From NCBI GenBank assembly GCA_951406725.2, contig OX597838.1, positions 22,816,001 through 22,880,000 of the forward strand: DNA of 64,000 nucleotides. The letters run 5' to 3'. Shown one piece after another: positions 62,507 to 64,000 of the stretch. Under the pieces are notes generated by a model that ran no database searches, was not told the origin of the DNA, and worked only from the letters and a program-made list of their open reading frames with translations. The stretch is from Octopus vulgaris (Eukaryota). The translations under genes and the position numbers were made by a program. The first letter of the stretch is position 1. The number at the start of each line of letters is the position of its first letter.

Positions 62507-64000
62507 GTATGGGGTCTTTTATTTCTTTCTGTTGCAGTCTTCGTTACACTTTTGACGATTTGTTACAGTGTGTGACACTGTTTGTAACTAGAGACATATA
62601 TGTGTGTGTATCTTTATGTATCTGTGATTATATGTATGTTCATATATATGTGTGCATGTGTTTGTGTATATAGATGTGTATCTGTGTTTGTATATCGTCC
62701 TGTGCATGTGACAGTAATGTTATATATGATCCTATATATGTGTGTCTGGATGCATACATATATGTATTTTTGTATATGTGTCTACGTTATTTGTGCGTGT
62801 GACAGTGTAATGTTATATTTTGTGCGTGTGTGTGTATAGCCATGTGTTTTGGTATTTATTTATGTATGTATATTAGTATGTATACATCTATCTTTCTCCC
62901 TCCCTGTTCGTTCTATGGTGCTTGTATTGATTACTCTTCCAGTAGGCCGATACCCTTAGGGACTATATTAATACCCGTACTACTAATTGTTACTTAATCC
63001 AAGTCAGCTCTAATCACACAGACAGATATAGCCCTGTGACCAAAAAAGGTGTTCCGATCGTGATCACCTCAGATTTTATTTTGCCTTAATATTTCTAGAT
63101 CTGCATTGTCCAACGTGTCCTTTCTCTATTAAGAAGGATGGAATGTAATTTGAAGGATATTTGGCTGTTATTTCGACCGGATCGAGCAACTATATAGAAA
63201 TAACAGTGGAGATGGTTGTAGGAAAGTGGCGTAACTGTCTGGACGGTAAGCTTTGCTGGGGTGTCACCGTTTTTCCTTTAAATTTGTCGTGTGTGAGGCA
63301 GTTTCACCAAATGAAAAACAAAACTAGCAATCCGTCGGTTGCGACCACGATGGTTCCAGCTGAACCGATCAACGGAATAGCCTGCTCGTGAAATTAACGT
63401 GCAAGTGGCCGACCACTCCACCGGTACGTGTACCCTTTACGTAGTTCTCAGGAAGATTCAGCGTGACACAAAGTGTGACGAGTCTGGCCCTTTGAAATAC
63501 AGGTTCTACTCTTTTTTGCCAGCTGAGTGGATGGACTGGAGCAACGTGAAATGAAGCGTTTTGAGAATCGAACTCGCGACCTTACGATAATGATTCGAAT
63601 ACCGACCACTAAGCTACGTGCCTTTGACTTCATGGTATAGCCAAACACTGCCGTGTTTACTCATAATAATTTCTTTACTTTTCTTCGTATCCGCAATCAG
63701 TTGACTGGTCAGAACTATCTATGGAACTTATAATCATTTAAAATATCCCTATTCACTTACAAACACACAAAAACAAATTCTCCTTAGGTTCCGGGTTCAG
63801 TCCCACTGCAGAGCACCTTGGGCCAGTGTCTTCTACTATAGCACCGGGCCGACCAAAGCCTTGTGAGTGGATTTGGTAGACGGAAACTGAAAGAAGCCCG
63901 TCGTATATATGTATGTATATATGTTTGTGTGTCTGTGTTTGTTCCCCCAACATCGCTTGACAACCGATGCTGGTGTGCTTATGCCCCCGTCATTTAGCGG

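Noticed and set aside
63700-63735. Candidate TRIAP1 exon 2 after a pyrimidine tract
   Set aside because: Translation (LTGQNYLWNL*) does not resemble the TRIAP1 C-terminus; the real exon is probably beyond 64000.

Overview
Repeat-rich, AT-rich animal genomic DNA, very probably an octopus or related coleoid cephalopod (inferred from the dense tRNA-derived CORE- and Nin-type SINEs, RTE 3' ends and (TA)n/(CAT)n/(TAA)n microsatellites). Almost all ORF-track entries are microsatellite or SINE noise. Five spliced genes can be rebuilt from GT-AG sites with consistent exon phases. (1) An RNF215-like PA-TM(-RING) E3 ligase on the minus strand, 7 exons, 30707->2744; the RING exons are not in the window and presumably lie beyond its left edge. 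(2) A C16orf78/DUF4638-like gene on the plus strand, 5 exons, 6128-19603, nested antisense inside the 18 kb intron 6 of the RNF215-like gene. (3) ARMC5 (+, 6 exons, 37436-51117, 1413 aa). (4) GATC (-, 5 exons, 59825->54371). (5) The first coding exon of TRIAP1 (+, 62363-62506), head-to-head with GATC as in human. The most novel-looking signals are: several minimal hammerhead-ribozyme motifs in Penelope-type repeats, including a tRNA-headed SINE that carries a hammerhead; a 28-bp identical motif in both divergent-promoter regions; several long near-perfect hairpins; an inverted repeat pair bracketing exons 2-3 of the nested gene; and a SINE-derived 159-bp tandem array. Gene names rest on recalled protein motifs, not database searches.
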